Below are positions 24,220 to 33,461 of a stretch of DNA of 64,000 nt, in pieces. The stretch comes from a bacterium BMS3Abin14 (GTDB lineage: Bacteria; BMS3Abin14). Both the position numbers and the translations under genes were made by a program. The stretch spans positions 20,101 through 84,100 of the forward strand of contig BDTG01000041.1 of NCBI GenBank assembly GCA_002897695.1, given 5' to 3'. Position 1 is the stretch's first letter. Each line of letters starts with the position of its first letter. The notes under the pieces were generated by a model, which was not told where the DNA came from, searched no databases, and was given only the letters and a program-made list of their open reading frames with translations.

Positions 24220-24560
24220 CTGATTCGCGGGTTGATGACAGCGTACAGAATGTCAACGATGAGATTGACCATCACGAAGGTGGCGGCCACGATCATGGTG
24301 CCCCCCTGGATAACCATGTAGTCCCTCTTGACGACCCCCTCGAACAGCCACTTCCCTACCCCCCCGCCAGGCGAAGACGGTCTCGGTCAGTATCGCCCCA
24401 CCCAAAAGGATGCCGAATTGAAGACCGATTACTGTTATCACCGGGATGAGACCGTTACGGAGGGCGTGTTTGAACACGACCCTGGTTCGGCTCAATCCCT
24501 TGGCCTTGGCCGTTCTGATATAGTCCTGGCGCAGGACCTCCAGCATGGAGGATCGAGTCA
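24210..24560 (-). pseudogene. oppB: oppB/dppB C-terminal fragment (last ~115 aa), with a frameshift in a C7/G7 run
   Basis: [65 protein letters not shown], then after a shift at 24359-24365 [48 protein letters not shown]. The N-terminal two-thirds are replaced by IS sequence. Confidence 0.6.
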
Positions 24561-25780
24561 TCTGCCTGAAGCGGCGTTTGCCCTGGCCGAACTTGCCTTC
24601 AATTGGAATCCGGTCAAGTTCATCCTGGCGCTGTTGGAGTTTTCTGTCCAGCATGTCTTGCGTGTTCTCGGGGGTGTTCTCGGGGGTTTTCTTCGGAGGA
24701 CGCCCCAATGGTGGCCCGGACATCCTGATACTCCCCTGTTTCTTGCAGTATCTACGGTTGTCACGTGTTCGATAAATAGCATCGCAATGCACCGATTCCG
24801 GATAGCAGCCAAAGCGTTGTTTGTAAGTCTCGATCTGTTCAATCAGATCACCGGACTCGTTAAAAGGATTCCAGTCAAGACGATCCAGGAACACGAAACC
24901 ATTAACCAGACTGGCTGACAGTTTGGCACCGAATTCCGTCGGCGCGGACGCTTTGCCGCGAACAATCGGACGGACATGTGGTTGGCTGATGCTGACAATC
25001 CGACCGCTGATCCGATGGCAGCAATTCTCATACATCCACTGTTGTTGGCGATAAAGTTCGTGGATCACCAGCAAGCTCTTGTATTGACGACGGTCAAGCA
25101 GGGTGAGTGACGTCTGTTCGGCAAGTTGTGCAATGGTGTTGAGATTGCGCCTGAGAAAGCGCAACTGTTGCCCCAGAACCTTACGGATCTGCCGCGCTGA
25201 ATGCTTGCGGCTTTTGCTGTACTTCAAAAACAGACGACGAGCTTTTTGTCGATAGGTGCGCGGCTTCTGTTTGCCCGGCACGGACAAGGGCTTCGTTGAC
25301 CTGGTTGAGTTGCTCCAGGCTGAAGCGATGGCGAAAATACACGAACATTGGCGAGTCGAACGGTGCTTCATCGCGGAATTCGTGGAACCCGAGAAAGTAT
25401 TGCAGATACGGGTTCTCACGAATCTGCTCCACCGCTTCTTCATCACTAACACCAAGGCGCTCTTTGATGATCAGGGCACCGAGAGCAACACGGGCAGGCT
25501 TGGCCGGAGCACCTTGACCGCTTTGAGAAAACTGTTTTTCGTAGAACGCCTCGGCGGTATCCCAAGGGACCATACGCGCCAGGATAACCCAGCGGTTATC
25601 GCTTCTGAGCTTGCCACCGAAAGGAAGGTAGAAGTCTTCAAAAGCCAATTGATTATCGGGTGTTGTTCGATACATTTGTGACCGCCATGTGCAAGGGTTT
25701 TAAGGCTAACCAACTATTTTTCTTGCACATATTAGCATGCAAACGCGGGGTTTGTCTAGTGTTTTCAGTAGGTTACGTAT
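24560..25780 (-). mobile_element. IS5-family (IS1182-like) insertion sequence remnant. The transposase is split across two overlapping frames (25675-25181 and 25455-~24575) and its 3' end is deleted.
   Basis: OrfA is MYRTTPDNQLAFEDFYLPFGGKLRSDNRWVILARMVPWD (DUF772-type N-domain). OrfB has the DDE region ...[60 protein letters not shown]...[14 protein letters not shown]. It then runs in-frame straight into the oppB tail, so the right end and its IR are missing. The left boundary is approximate. Confidence 0.7.
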
Positions 25781-25789
25781 TTTTCAGCA

Positions 25790-26172
25790 AGCCCTACGTA
25801 TGCCGGATCATTAAGGCGGACCCTACATTGCGTGCCACAAAAGTGATCATCGTTACCGGAGACGACAGCGCTGCGACCCGGGAGCTTTATAAGGGATTGG
25901 GATGTGGCGCTGTTCTTAATAAACCCTTTACCAAAAGCGATATCAATTCAACTGTGGGAAAAGTCCTCGGTGTCGGCACCAGACAGATTCACAGGGTCAA
26001 CACTGTAATACCATGTCTCGTACGAATTGGGCCGGGAGGATATGACTGTCGAATCCTGAACATATCCGCTTCGGGAATGTATATTGAAATTGATTTTTTG
26101 CCTGAGCCGGGCCGGAATTTTGAAGTCGAGTTCATTGTTGACTATATTGAAAATATCTCGCCTGACAGTTGA
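25790..26172 (+). pseudogene. 5'-truncated response-regulator receiver + PilZ domain gene
   Basis: Homology starts mid-REC (IIKADPTLRATKVIIVTGDDSAATRELYKGLGCGAVLNKPF) and continues into PilZ (RQIHRV ... NISASGMYIE). The phospho-acceptor half of REC is absent because the IS lies upstream. Confidence 0.5.
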
Positions 26173-26562
26173 TGGACTTTGGGTTGGCAATTGTGGCATA
26201 AATGCAACCCCTTGCGTGTCGAGTGTTGCAAAATCAACACATGGCTGTTGTTATCCATCGCCGGCGAATTTGCCAGATTTCCGAATAGTTCATGTCCTCC
26301 ACTCAGGTCATGGACAGATCGCGACGGCCTGGAAGAAGGACCATCCTCAGGAAATTCATGATTTTATCTTTATTTTACATCCAGTTATAATCATCATCAC
26401 TCTTGTGCCGGCCCCATAATTTGCCCCCGGCCCTGTCCATACCGAAGGCTTGCCCGCAGGTTTTGAAGCCACAGCTGCGCTCGGCATGTTTATTGCTTCG
26501 CCTCACGTGTTGTCACGGATGAAACCACGTAACCGGCGGCCCAATAAAAGAGGAGATAAACG

Positions 26563-26811
26563 ATGATCAACCTGAAAAATAACCTGCTCAAAATGGGACG
26601 GACGATTTTTCACCAGCGCGACTCTCTCGGCCCCGTCAGCGGCATGTCATACTCCATGGGGCCAGGTTCCGATGATCCCGGCCCCAGCCCCACCCTGTTC
26701 TTCTATTGGCACGAGCCCATTATGGCGCCCAAGACAGAAATCCCCGTGAGGGATACCCGAGGCCCCCGGAGCTGGTTCGAAAAGTTAGGCCTCGCCCGGC
26801 AATCGGCCTGA
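26563..26811 (+). CDS. Hypothetical 82-aa protein (weak call)
   Basis: Strong RBS aagaggag 7 nt upstream of the ATG, but no recognisable domain. Convergent with btuC. Confidence 0.25.
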   Translation: MINLKNNLLKMGRTIFHQRDSLGPVSGMSYSMGPGSDDPGPSPTLFFYWHEPIMAPKTEIPVRDTRGPRSWFEKLGLARQSA

Positions 26812-26813
26812 TC

Positions 26814-27821
26814 CTACAGCCCTTCATTGTCCATCCCCTCCCCCCGGACCAGCAGCCACACGAAAAACGGCCCCCCGAGGAGGGCTGTGATCACCCCGAC
26901 CGGAATCTCGGCCGGGGCGATGATGGTCCGGGCGAACGTATCGCATATTGTCAGGAAGGCGCCGCCGAAAAGAAGGGTGGCAGGGGCGAGGTAACGGTGA
27001 TCCTGCCCTATGATCAGTCTGCAGATATGCGGTGACATCATCCCCACAAACCCGATGGGGCCGCATACCGAAACTACCCCTCCCACCATCAGAGAGGCGG
27101 CAAAGAAGATTCCCCGGCGGACGGATTTGACATTAACCCCCCGGCTGGTCGCCATCTCCTCGCCTGTGGTCATCAGGTTCAGTTCGTTGGTCAGGTAAAG
27201 GATAATGAGGGCTCCCACTACCACGAACGGCAGCATGTCCAGGACGGACCGGAATCCTACCACCTCCAGACCTCCCATGAGCCACCGGATAATATGAAAA
27301 GTCTGGGTAAAATCGCTGATGTACTGGATGAACAGGTTAACGCTGGAGAAGAAGAAGCTTATAGCCACACCGGCCAGCAGCATGGTTCCGGTGGAAAAAC
27401 CGGATCGAAGGCGGGTCAGGCCATACACTAAAAGGACTGAAAGCATTGCTCCCATAAAGGCCGAAACGGAGATGCCCGGGATTCCCAGCAGGGCGGCCGG
27501 CAGTCCGAAACGGATATAGGCGGCCGCGCCGAGGGCGGCTCCGGATGACACGCCCAGGGTAAAGGGGGTCGCGAGGGGGTTTCTGAAAAGCGCCTGAAAG
27601 GACATGCCGCTTACCGCCAAGCCGACTCCCCCCAGAAAGGCGACAAACACCCTGGGTACGCGCAGCCTCCAGAATATCTCGCTCTCCCGGCTCCAGGAAG
27701 CGGGGTGTATGACCGCATCCAGCGGAATGGTCCGCATCCCTATCAGCGGCCCGATGATGAGCGCCGACACGGCCAGAAATGCCAAAATAATCAGGATAGC
27801 GGGTCGGCGGCCGAAGGTCAT
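26814..27821 (-). CDS. btuC: FecCD/BtuC-family ABC permease (cobalamin/iron-siderophore type)
   Basis: About 9 TM helices with FecCD-family conserved stretches (LLVRGEG-like tail, GxxxxGP internal motif). Overlaps the btuD stop. Confidence 0.85.
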   Translation of the reverse strand: MTFGRRPAILIILAFLAVSALIIGPLIGMRTIPLDAVIHPASWSRESEIFWRLRVPRVFVAFLGGVGLAVSGMSFQALFRNPLATPFTLGVSSGAALGAAAYIRFGLPAALLGIPGISVSAFMGAMLSVLLVYGLTRLRSGFSTGTMLLAGVAISFFFSSVNLFIQYISDFTQTFHIIRWLMGGLEVVGFRSVLDMLPFVVVGALIILYLTNELNLMTTGEEMATSRGVNVKSVRRGIFFAASLMVGGVVSVCGPIGFVGMMSPHICRLIIGQDHRYLAPATLLFGGAFLTICDTFARTIIAPAEIPVGVITALLGGPFFVWLLVRGEGMDNEGL

Positions 27822-28621
27822 TGCCGCATGACCTCATCCGGCAGAACGATCATCCGACCCGACTGAGGGTGTGGGTAGAGGAAAAACCTCCTGTCGTAGA
27901 TCGCCTCCAGGATGCTGTTGTCCATGAGGCCGGCCGGCTGCCCCGTAAACCGCACGGACCCCTCCTTCAGGGCAACGACCCGGTCGCCGTTTAGCACCGC
28001 GTCGTTGATGTCGTGCGTAACCGCGACTACGGTAATACCCTCCTCCCGGTTCAGCCTTGTCAGAATTCCCAGGACATCTTCTCCGTGCTTCGGATCGAGA
28101 AACGTCGTGGGCTCGTCGAGCAGAAGCACTTTCGCCCCCTGGGCTAATGCCGCCGCGATGAGCACTCTCTGGCGTTCCCCTCCACTGAGAGTCCCCATGG
28201 CCCGGCGGTAAAACCTTTCAGTGCCTGTGATCTCCATGGCCCTTTTGACCACCTCGTGGTCCCCGGGACTCACCGCCGAGAAGGGACTCAGGTGAGGATA
28301 GCGCCCCATGAGGACGAACTCACCCGCTGAAAATGGAAGCGTACGGATATCAGCCTGCGGCACATAGCTGAGCAGGGTTGCCAGTTCTTTCTGGGAATAT
28401 TCCTCCAACGGCCTGCCCGAAATTCTTATTTCCCCCCGGCCGCCGATGTTGATCCGGTCCACACACTTCAGCAGCGTCGTCTTGCCCGCCCCATTGGGAC
28501 CGATAACGCAGAGATACTCCCCCTCATATACGCACATGGAGACTTCATGGAGGATAACCGTCCCGCCTATGCTGTAGGAGTAGTCGGCAATCTCTATTAT
28601 CCTGCGCCCGCTTATTGTCAT
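27818..28621 (-). CDS. btuD: ABC transporter ATP-binding protein (BtuD/FecE-like)
   Basis: Walker A GPNGAGKTTLL, LSGGERQR, Walker B LLLDEPTTFLD and H-loop VTHD. Confidence 0.85.
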   Translation of the reverse strand: MTISGRRIIEIADYSYSIGGTVILHEVSMCVYEGEYLCVIGPNGAGKTTLLKCVDRINIGGRGEIRISGRPLEEYSQKELATLLSYVPQADIRTLPFSAGEFVLMGRYPHLSPFSAVSPGDHEVVKRAMEITGTERFYRRAMGTLSGGERQRVLIAAALAQGAKVLLLDEPTTFLDPKHGEDVLGILTRLNREEGITVVAVTHDINDAVLNGDRVVALKEGSVRFTGQPAGLMDNSILEAIYDRRFFLYPHPQSGRMIVLPDEVMRQ

Positions 28622-29577
28622 TCCCAGTGCGCCTCAGGGTGTATCACTTCCGCCATCCTCTCCAGGAGAAGAATAAACCGGGGTCCCGGCACCACCACGT
28701 AATCCTGGTTGAGTACGTAGACCCGGCCTTTGCTCACCGCGGTAAGCCCGGGGATGGAACGCCACTTCTCCAACATCTTTTCGTCAGTCTGTGGGTCCGT
28801 CACGTCGGGAACCATCTCGATGATCACCTGGGGATTGAGCCTGGCGACTCCCTCGGCGGAGAGGGCCGGGAACTTCAGGGTGTCCTTTGCATATGCGTTT
28901 ATCCCCCCGGCCATGGAGATGAGCTCATCGTAAAATCCGTCCCGTCCCGAGATATAGACCGCTCCGGCCGCTCCGGTCTGAAGACTCCTTCCCACCGCCA
29001 CCATGACCGTGGGTTTATTGAGGTCCTTTGTCATGGCCTTTACACGCTCGATCCTCTTTTCCGTTTCCATCAGGATCTTATCGGCTGTCTTCTTCGTCCC
29101 GGTCTTTTCACCAATGAGCCGTATTGATTCCATGATCCCATCAACGCTGCTGTGGTCCACCGTCAGGGTTTCGATCCCGAGCCGCTTCAGATATTCACGT
29201 GGTTTATCGTGCTCCTTCATCAGGACAACCAGGTCCGGTGCGGCGGTGATGATCGCCTCATAATTGATGTCGAAGTATCCCCCGATCTTGGGCTTTTCCA
29301 GCGCCTCCGGCGGATAGTCGCAGTACCGTGTAACCCCGACGACCCTGTCACCCAGGCCAAGCGAGAAAAGCACCTCTGTGATGCTGGGGGCCAGAGATAT
29401 GATGCGCTCGTAATGCAGAGGTTGATGGGGCGGCGGGGCGGCGGGGCGATCCAGACGGACGATGGTTGGATTCTGAGGCTCACCTTGGCCGAAACCATAC
29501 AGGAGGAAGCCCCCGGCGGCCAGAAGGGCAATAGCTGTGATGAGGATCAGGAGGCGCCGCATGTTAATTCCCCGCAT
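28618..29577 (-). CDS. btuF: Periplasmic cobalamin/iron-complex binding protein (BtuF-like)
   Basis: Signal peptide and a class III SBP fold pattern (RIISLAPSITEVLFSLGLGDRVVGVT...DLVVL). Confidence 0.8.
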   Translation of the reverse strand: MRGINMRRLLILITAIALLAAGGFLLYGFGQGEPQNPTIVRLDRPAAPPPHQPLHYERIISLAPSITEVLFSLGLGDRVVGVTRYCDYPPEALEKPKIGGYFDINYEAIITAAPDLVVLMKEHDKPREYLKRLGIETLTVDHSSVDGIMESIRLIGEKTGTKKTADKILMETEKRIERVKAMTKDLNKPTVMVAVGRSLQTGAAGAVYISGRDGFYDELISMAGGINAYAKDTLKFPALSAEGVARLNPQVIIEMVPDVTDPQTDEKMLEKWRSIPGLTAVSKGRVYVLNQDYVVVPGPRFILLLERMAEVIHPEAHWE

Positions 29578-30382
29578 CCGTCATTTGGAAAGAATAGGCG
29601 ATCTTTCTCGTGGATGATACGGAAAAACCTGCTGCACTCGCAGGTGAAAAACGTGCCTTTTGAAGGGCCTTGACCGCCGCCCGGTCAAGCATGGAAAATC
29701 CGCTTGACCGGAACACCGAGACGCCGCCCAACCCTCCGTCCCTTCCTATCCTCACCGAGAGGATGACCTTTCCCTCCTGACCCCGTCTTCTGCACCAGGC
29801 GGGGTATATGGGCTCGGGCAGATCGGTTGCCTCTGCCCTGATGAAATCAAAACCCGGATCATTGCCGGAGATACCACCCGGAAGGCCCTCCCTGGGGGGG
29901 ACGGCCCCATAGGCAAGCATGGGCTGCTGCGGTCCCGTTCGGCCTGTTTGAAATGCATGGTCTCGATCAGGGGCGCCGGAACTGCCGGGGGGTGCGGGCG
30001 GGGGCGCGTCCTTTCCGGCTGTTGTTTCCCGCTCCGCTTCGTGAGGTGAGCCGGGCGGAGGAGGCGCTGGGGTTTTCATCTCGGCAGCCGCGATCCGCTC
30101 CCTGACTACCCCGGGTTTTTGGACCGGCGGCATGGCCTCCGATTTCGGAACCGTTTTTTCAGTTTTGGACACCGGTGATACCGGGGAAACCGAGCGAACC
30201 CGGCCGGCGGCGGGAGCCACGGATTCACTGTGTCCAAATGATACTATATCCACGACTATCGGACCGGCAGCCGCGTCGGGAGGGGCGATCCCGTTTCCTG
30301 ACCCGGACTGTCCCAGTACCAGGGCGATCAAGGCCGCATGAATCCCCAACGAAAGGGACAGGGGCCTGAAAAGGTCCATCAT
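29564..30382 (-). CDS. tonB: TonB family energy transducer
   Basis: N-terminal TM, Pro-rich spacer and the C-terminal TonB domain (YPAWCRRRGQEGKVILSVRIGRDG...). Confidence 0.8.
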   Translation of the reverse strand: MMDLFRPLSLSLGIHAALIALVLGQSGSGNGIAPPDAAAGPIVVDIVSFGHSESVAPAAGRVRSVSPVSPVSKTEKTVPKSEAMPPVQKPGVVRERIAAAEMKTPAPPPPGSPHEAERETTAGKDAPPPAPPGSSGAPDRDHAFQTGRTGPQQPMLAYGAVPPREGLPGGISGNDPGFDFIRAEATDLPEPIYPAWCRRRGQEGKVILSVRIGRDGGLGGVSVFRSSGFSMLDRAAVKALQKARFSPASAAGFSVSSTRKIAYSFQMTDAGN

Positions 30383-32241
30383 AAATCCGCTCTGAACCCG
30401 AGGTATCCCGATATTCCGGGCGTACCGTAGCCTAGAACTGTCTGGTAATCCTCATCAAGGAGATTTTCGACCCTGCCGGTGATTTCGAACCCATGGGCAA
30501 CACTAAATGCGCCCGACAGATTGACAAGGGTATATCCGTCCAGCGTTACCCTGACAGGTGTATAGGTTGGTGGAGGGAAATCGAGGTCGGCGTTATCACC
30601 GACATAGAGAATATCCAGCCCGACGTGGCTCCCCGTTGACGGGCTGTAGTCCGCGGTAAACCCTATGCTGTCCCGGGGAACACGGAGCAGTTTCTCTCCG
30701 GTTGCCTCATCCTCTGACCGCGTATATGTGTAGTTGAGGCTCAGTTCGACCGAATCCGTCAGGAACAGTCTGCTGATGAATTCCAGACCGCTGGTATTGG
30801 CCCCGAGGGTGTTCTGGTAGGTCATGGTGCCGAAATCGAAGTCGATGAGGTTGTCGAACCTGTTGTCAAAATATGTCAGTCCAAGAGAAGCCCTGCCGCC
30901 CATAAGATCCTGGTCTGCCCCGACATCCCAACTGCCACTTTCCTCCGGCTGAAGTCCTGGATCTCCGTAGATGGAGAAAAGCTGGTAGAGGGACGGGGCC
31001 TTGAACCCTGTACCGTAGGTCGCCCGAAATCTGGTTCCCGACTCATGCAGCAGATACGCGGCGGTGAGGCGGTAGGTCGCCTGTGTTCCAAAGTCGCTAT
31101 GGTCGTCGATCCTGGCCCCCACCGTGGTGATGAACCTTCCGCCCATGTCGTTTTGCTCCAGAAAGTAGATGCCTGTCGTGCGTGCCTTCTTCTCGGCAAA
31201 GGTATCCGTCTTCCCTCTTTCCTTCCCGGATTCCGCCCCCACTGTCAGGGTAACGACGGGGCTGAGATACAGGTTGTTCTGCCAATCCAGCTTGACCAGG
31301 CCGCTGTCGAATTCGCTCCTGTTGGGAGGATTGATATCGTTGCGGCTGTTGTCCGTATAGGAGATGCCCACGATCTGCTCCCAGGCGCCTCCTGCCAGGG
31401 AGATGGTCCCTTGCCCTCGCATAATGAGTTCCTTCGTACCCGAAACGTGGTCCGGGTCATCCCCAAAGGCGCCCCCGAAATTGTCCAGATCGGCCTTCGC
31501 ATCGGAATATCGAAATATGAGATCCAGTGCGAGACTGTCGGAAGGTTCAATGCCAACCTTGCCCGACCAGGTAGTATTAGTATATCCGTCCTTCTCCGTG
31601 TTGCCGTCCCTCTCGTCGGCAGCCGATATGCCGTCGGTGTCGAAATGCGAGAGGGAAAGGGAGTAGTTGCTTCGGCCGGTCCCCCCGCTGGCCTCTACAG
31701 CTCCCCGGATCGTCCCGAAGGAGCCAGTCTCACCTGTCAGCACTACATGGGGTTTTCCCCTGCCCCTCCGGGTGATGATGTTTATGACCCCGCCAATGGC
31801 GTCCGAACCGTAAAGAGGGCTTTGCGGACCGCGCAGAACCTCGATCCTCTCGATGTTGTCCGTTGTCAAATTGGCGAAGTTGAAGATTCGCCCGGTGGAG
31901 ATGGGATCGTTGACCTCCACACCGTCAATAAGGACCAATGTGTGTCCTGATTTTGCTCCCCTGATGAAAACCGTGGCCGTCTGTCCCGGGCCGCCGTTGA
32001 CGTTGATTTTTATTCCCGGCACCCCTTCAAGGGCCTCCAGGACGGTTCTGGCCCCTTTTCGCTGGATATCCTCGGCGGTGATTACCGTGATCGAACTTGC
32101 GACCTCCTCGATGGGGGTCTCAATACGGGTGGCTGTTACCACGACCTCCTGAACGTCCTCTTCTCCGGCCCCTGCCCAAAGGTAAGCTGGACTGGAAAGC
32201 ACCATGACCAATACACCCGTGATCAGCGCAGTTTTGCCCAT
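30379..32241 (-). CDS. btuB: TonB-dependent outer-membrane receptor, BtuB-like. Start ATG 32241 with RBS aggagtga; the track ORF is extended to 32268.
   Basis: Signal peptide, plug domain (TonB box-like VVVTATR, IEVLRGPQSPLYGSDAIGGVINIITRRG) and a C-terminal barrel ending in an aromatic residue. Confidence 0.85.
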   Translation of the reverse strand: MGKTALITGVLVMVLSSPAYLWAGAGEEDVQEVVVTATRIETPIEEVASSITVITAEDIQRKGARTVLEALEGVPGIKINVNGGPGQTATVFIRGAKSGHTLVLIDGVEVNDPISTGRIFNFANLTTDNIERIEVLRGPQSPLYGSDAIGGVINIITRRGRGKPHVVLTGETGSFGTIRGAVEASGGTGRSNYSLSLSHFDTDGISAADERDGNTEKDGYTNTTWSGKVGIEPSDSLALDLIFRYSDAKADLDNFGGAFGDDPDHVSGTKELIMRGQGTISLAGGAWEQIVGISYTDNSRNDINPPNRSEFDSGLVKLDWQNNLYLSPVVTLTVGAESGKERGKTDTFAEKKARTTGIYFLEQNDMGGRFITTVGARIDDHSDFGTQATYRLTAAYLLHESGTRFRATYGTGFKAPSLYQLFSIYGDPGLQPEESGSWDVGADQDLMGGRASLGLTYFDNRFDNLIDFDFGTMTYQNTLGANTSGLEFISRLFLTDSVELSLNYTYTRSEDEATGEKLLRVPRDSIGFTADYSPSTGSHVGLDILYVGDNADLDFPPPTYTPVRVTLDGYTLVNLSGAFSVAHGFEITGRVENLLDEDYQTVLGYGTPGISGYLGFRADL

Positions 32242-32393
32242 TTCATCACTCCTCGCCCGGCCATGCAATGTAAAAACTTCCCGGAGACGAAAAAATCCCG
32301 GACCTCTTTATCGAGATCCGGGATGCCGTTTTTCATCCGTCTTTGACAGCGGTCAGACCCTGGCCGCGAGGGTTCCGTTCGCTCTGTCCAACA

Positions 32394-32560
32394 GGCAGGT
32401 CTTCTGGCTTCCGGATTACCCTACTCGCCGCGCCTTCCCGCCCTTCGACAAGCGCAGGACTAACCCTGGACTTCCTTTGAGCAGTGACTAATTGCGGCTT
32501 TCGTCCCCGGTTACAGCGGCGGGTCCGCGACGGATTCTCACCGTCTTCCCTTGGCCTGTT
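32394..32560 (-). ncRNA. Cobalamin (AdoCbl) riboswitch in the btuB leader
   Basis: The minus strand reads AAGGGAAGACGGUGAGAAUCCGUCGCGGACCCGCCGCUGUAACCGGGGACGAAAGCC ... AGUCACUG ... GGGAAGGCGCGGCG ... AGCCAGAAGACCUGCC, which contains the conserved stems and the B12 box of RF00174. A hairpin plus U-run (ccggatctcgataaagaggtccgggatttttt) follows as the expression platform. Confidence 0.8.
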
Positions 32561-32704
32561 AAATCAACAGTAGGGCACGATCGTCGGGATGTCAAGAATG
32601 GCGAGGCCTCAACGCATGGATCTTTATCTAACAGGGATGAAGGGGATAGAGGGGATAAACCTGCCATAAAACCCTATTTTGCCTTGTTTGCAGTGAGGTA
32701 CGCA

Positions 32705-33427
32705 TTATTGCGAAGATCTCTTTTTGTGCGCTTCCCGGAGGAACAGCCCCAGGTCAGGCCTGTCCGTGAAGATCCCTGCTACACGATCATCCGCAACCAG
32801 CATTTTGATGACGTTACTGTTGTTGGCCGTCCAGACGTAGACCGGCATGTGGAGCCGGCGAGCGGTTCGCAGAAACCCGTATTTCAGGAGCCTCCGGTCC
32901 ACGGCGAGAAAATCCACCCCGGTGTTGTGGACCCTTTCGTCGGGAAAGAGCGACCGGGGAAGCCCCCTTAAGGGCCTGGTCCCCAGCACCAGGCCAGTGG
33001 CGACAACGGGAAAGCTTTTCTTTACAGCCCTCACGGCAGAATCTATTGAGGAGGAGAAGATCACGTTTTCAGGCCTGAAATGTTCCATGGCCGTTTCCAC
33101 CACATCATCTTCGTATCCGCTTTCTTTCAGTTCGATGTTGAGCCGTATTTTGCCCCCCAGATATTGTACTGTCTCCTTGAGGGTGGGGATGGCATATCCA
33201 TCAGCATCAGCCGCCCCGAAGACCTCCTCCGCAGCCAGATTTCTGAGCAGCTTACCCTTGAACTTGTTGTCATGGTAGATGATAAGGACGCCATCGGCGG
33301 TTCTGTGGACGTCCAGTTCAATCATGTCCGCCTGCATCTCAATGGCGACCCTGAAGGCATCGATGGTGTTTTCGTGGGCGTAGGCAGAAGCGCCCCTGTG
33401 GGCAATAATCAGCGGCTTTTTCACCAT
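32705..33427 (-). CDS. Glycerophosphodiester phosphodiesterase (GDPD/UgpQ family)
   Basis: IIAHRGASAYAHENTIDAF...ELDVHRTADGVLIIYHD catalytic motif. Confidence 0.85.
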   Translation of the reverse strand: MVKKPLIIAHRGASAYAHENTIDAFRVAIEMQADMIELDVHRTADGVLIIYHDNKFKGKLLRNLAAEEVFGAADADGYAIPTLKETVQYLGGKIRLNIELKESGYEDDVVETAMEHFRPENVIFSSSIDSAVRAVKKSFPVVATGLVLGTRPLRGLPRSLFPDERVHNTGVDFLAVDRRLLKYGFLRTARRLHMPVYVWTANNSNVIKMLVADDRVAGIFTDRPDLGLFLREAHKKRSSQ

Positions 33428-33461
33428 GGATCTCCGGTTATTCGCAGGATTATCCGATTCC

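Noticed and set aside
31045-31950. 301-aa + strand ORF
   Set aside because: Antisense to the TonB-dependent receptor gene.
32629-32643. 15-mer taacagggatgaagg shared with 37585-37599 (upstream of bfr)
   Set aside because: A few exact 15-mer coincidences are expected by chance in 64 kb on both strands (order of 1-4). There is no additional conservation around it.
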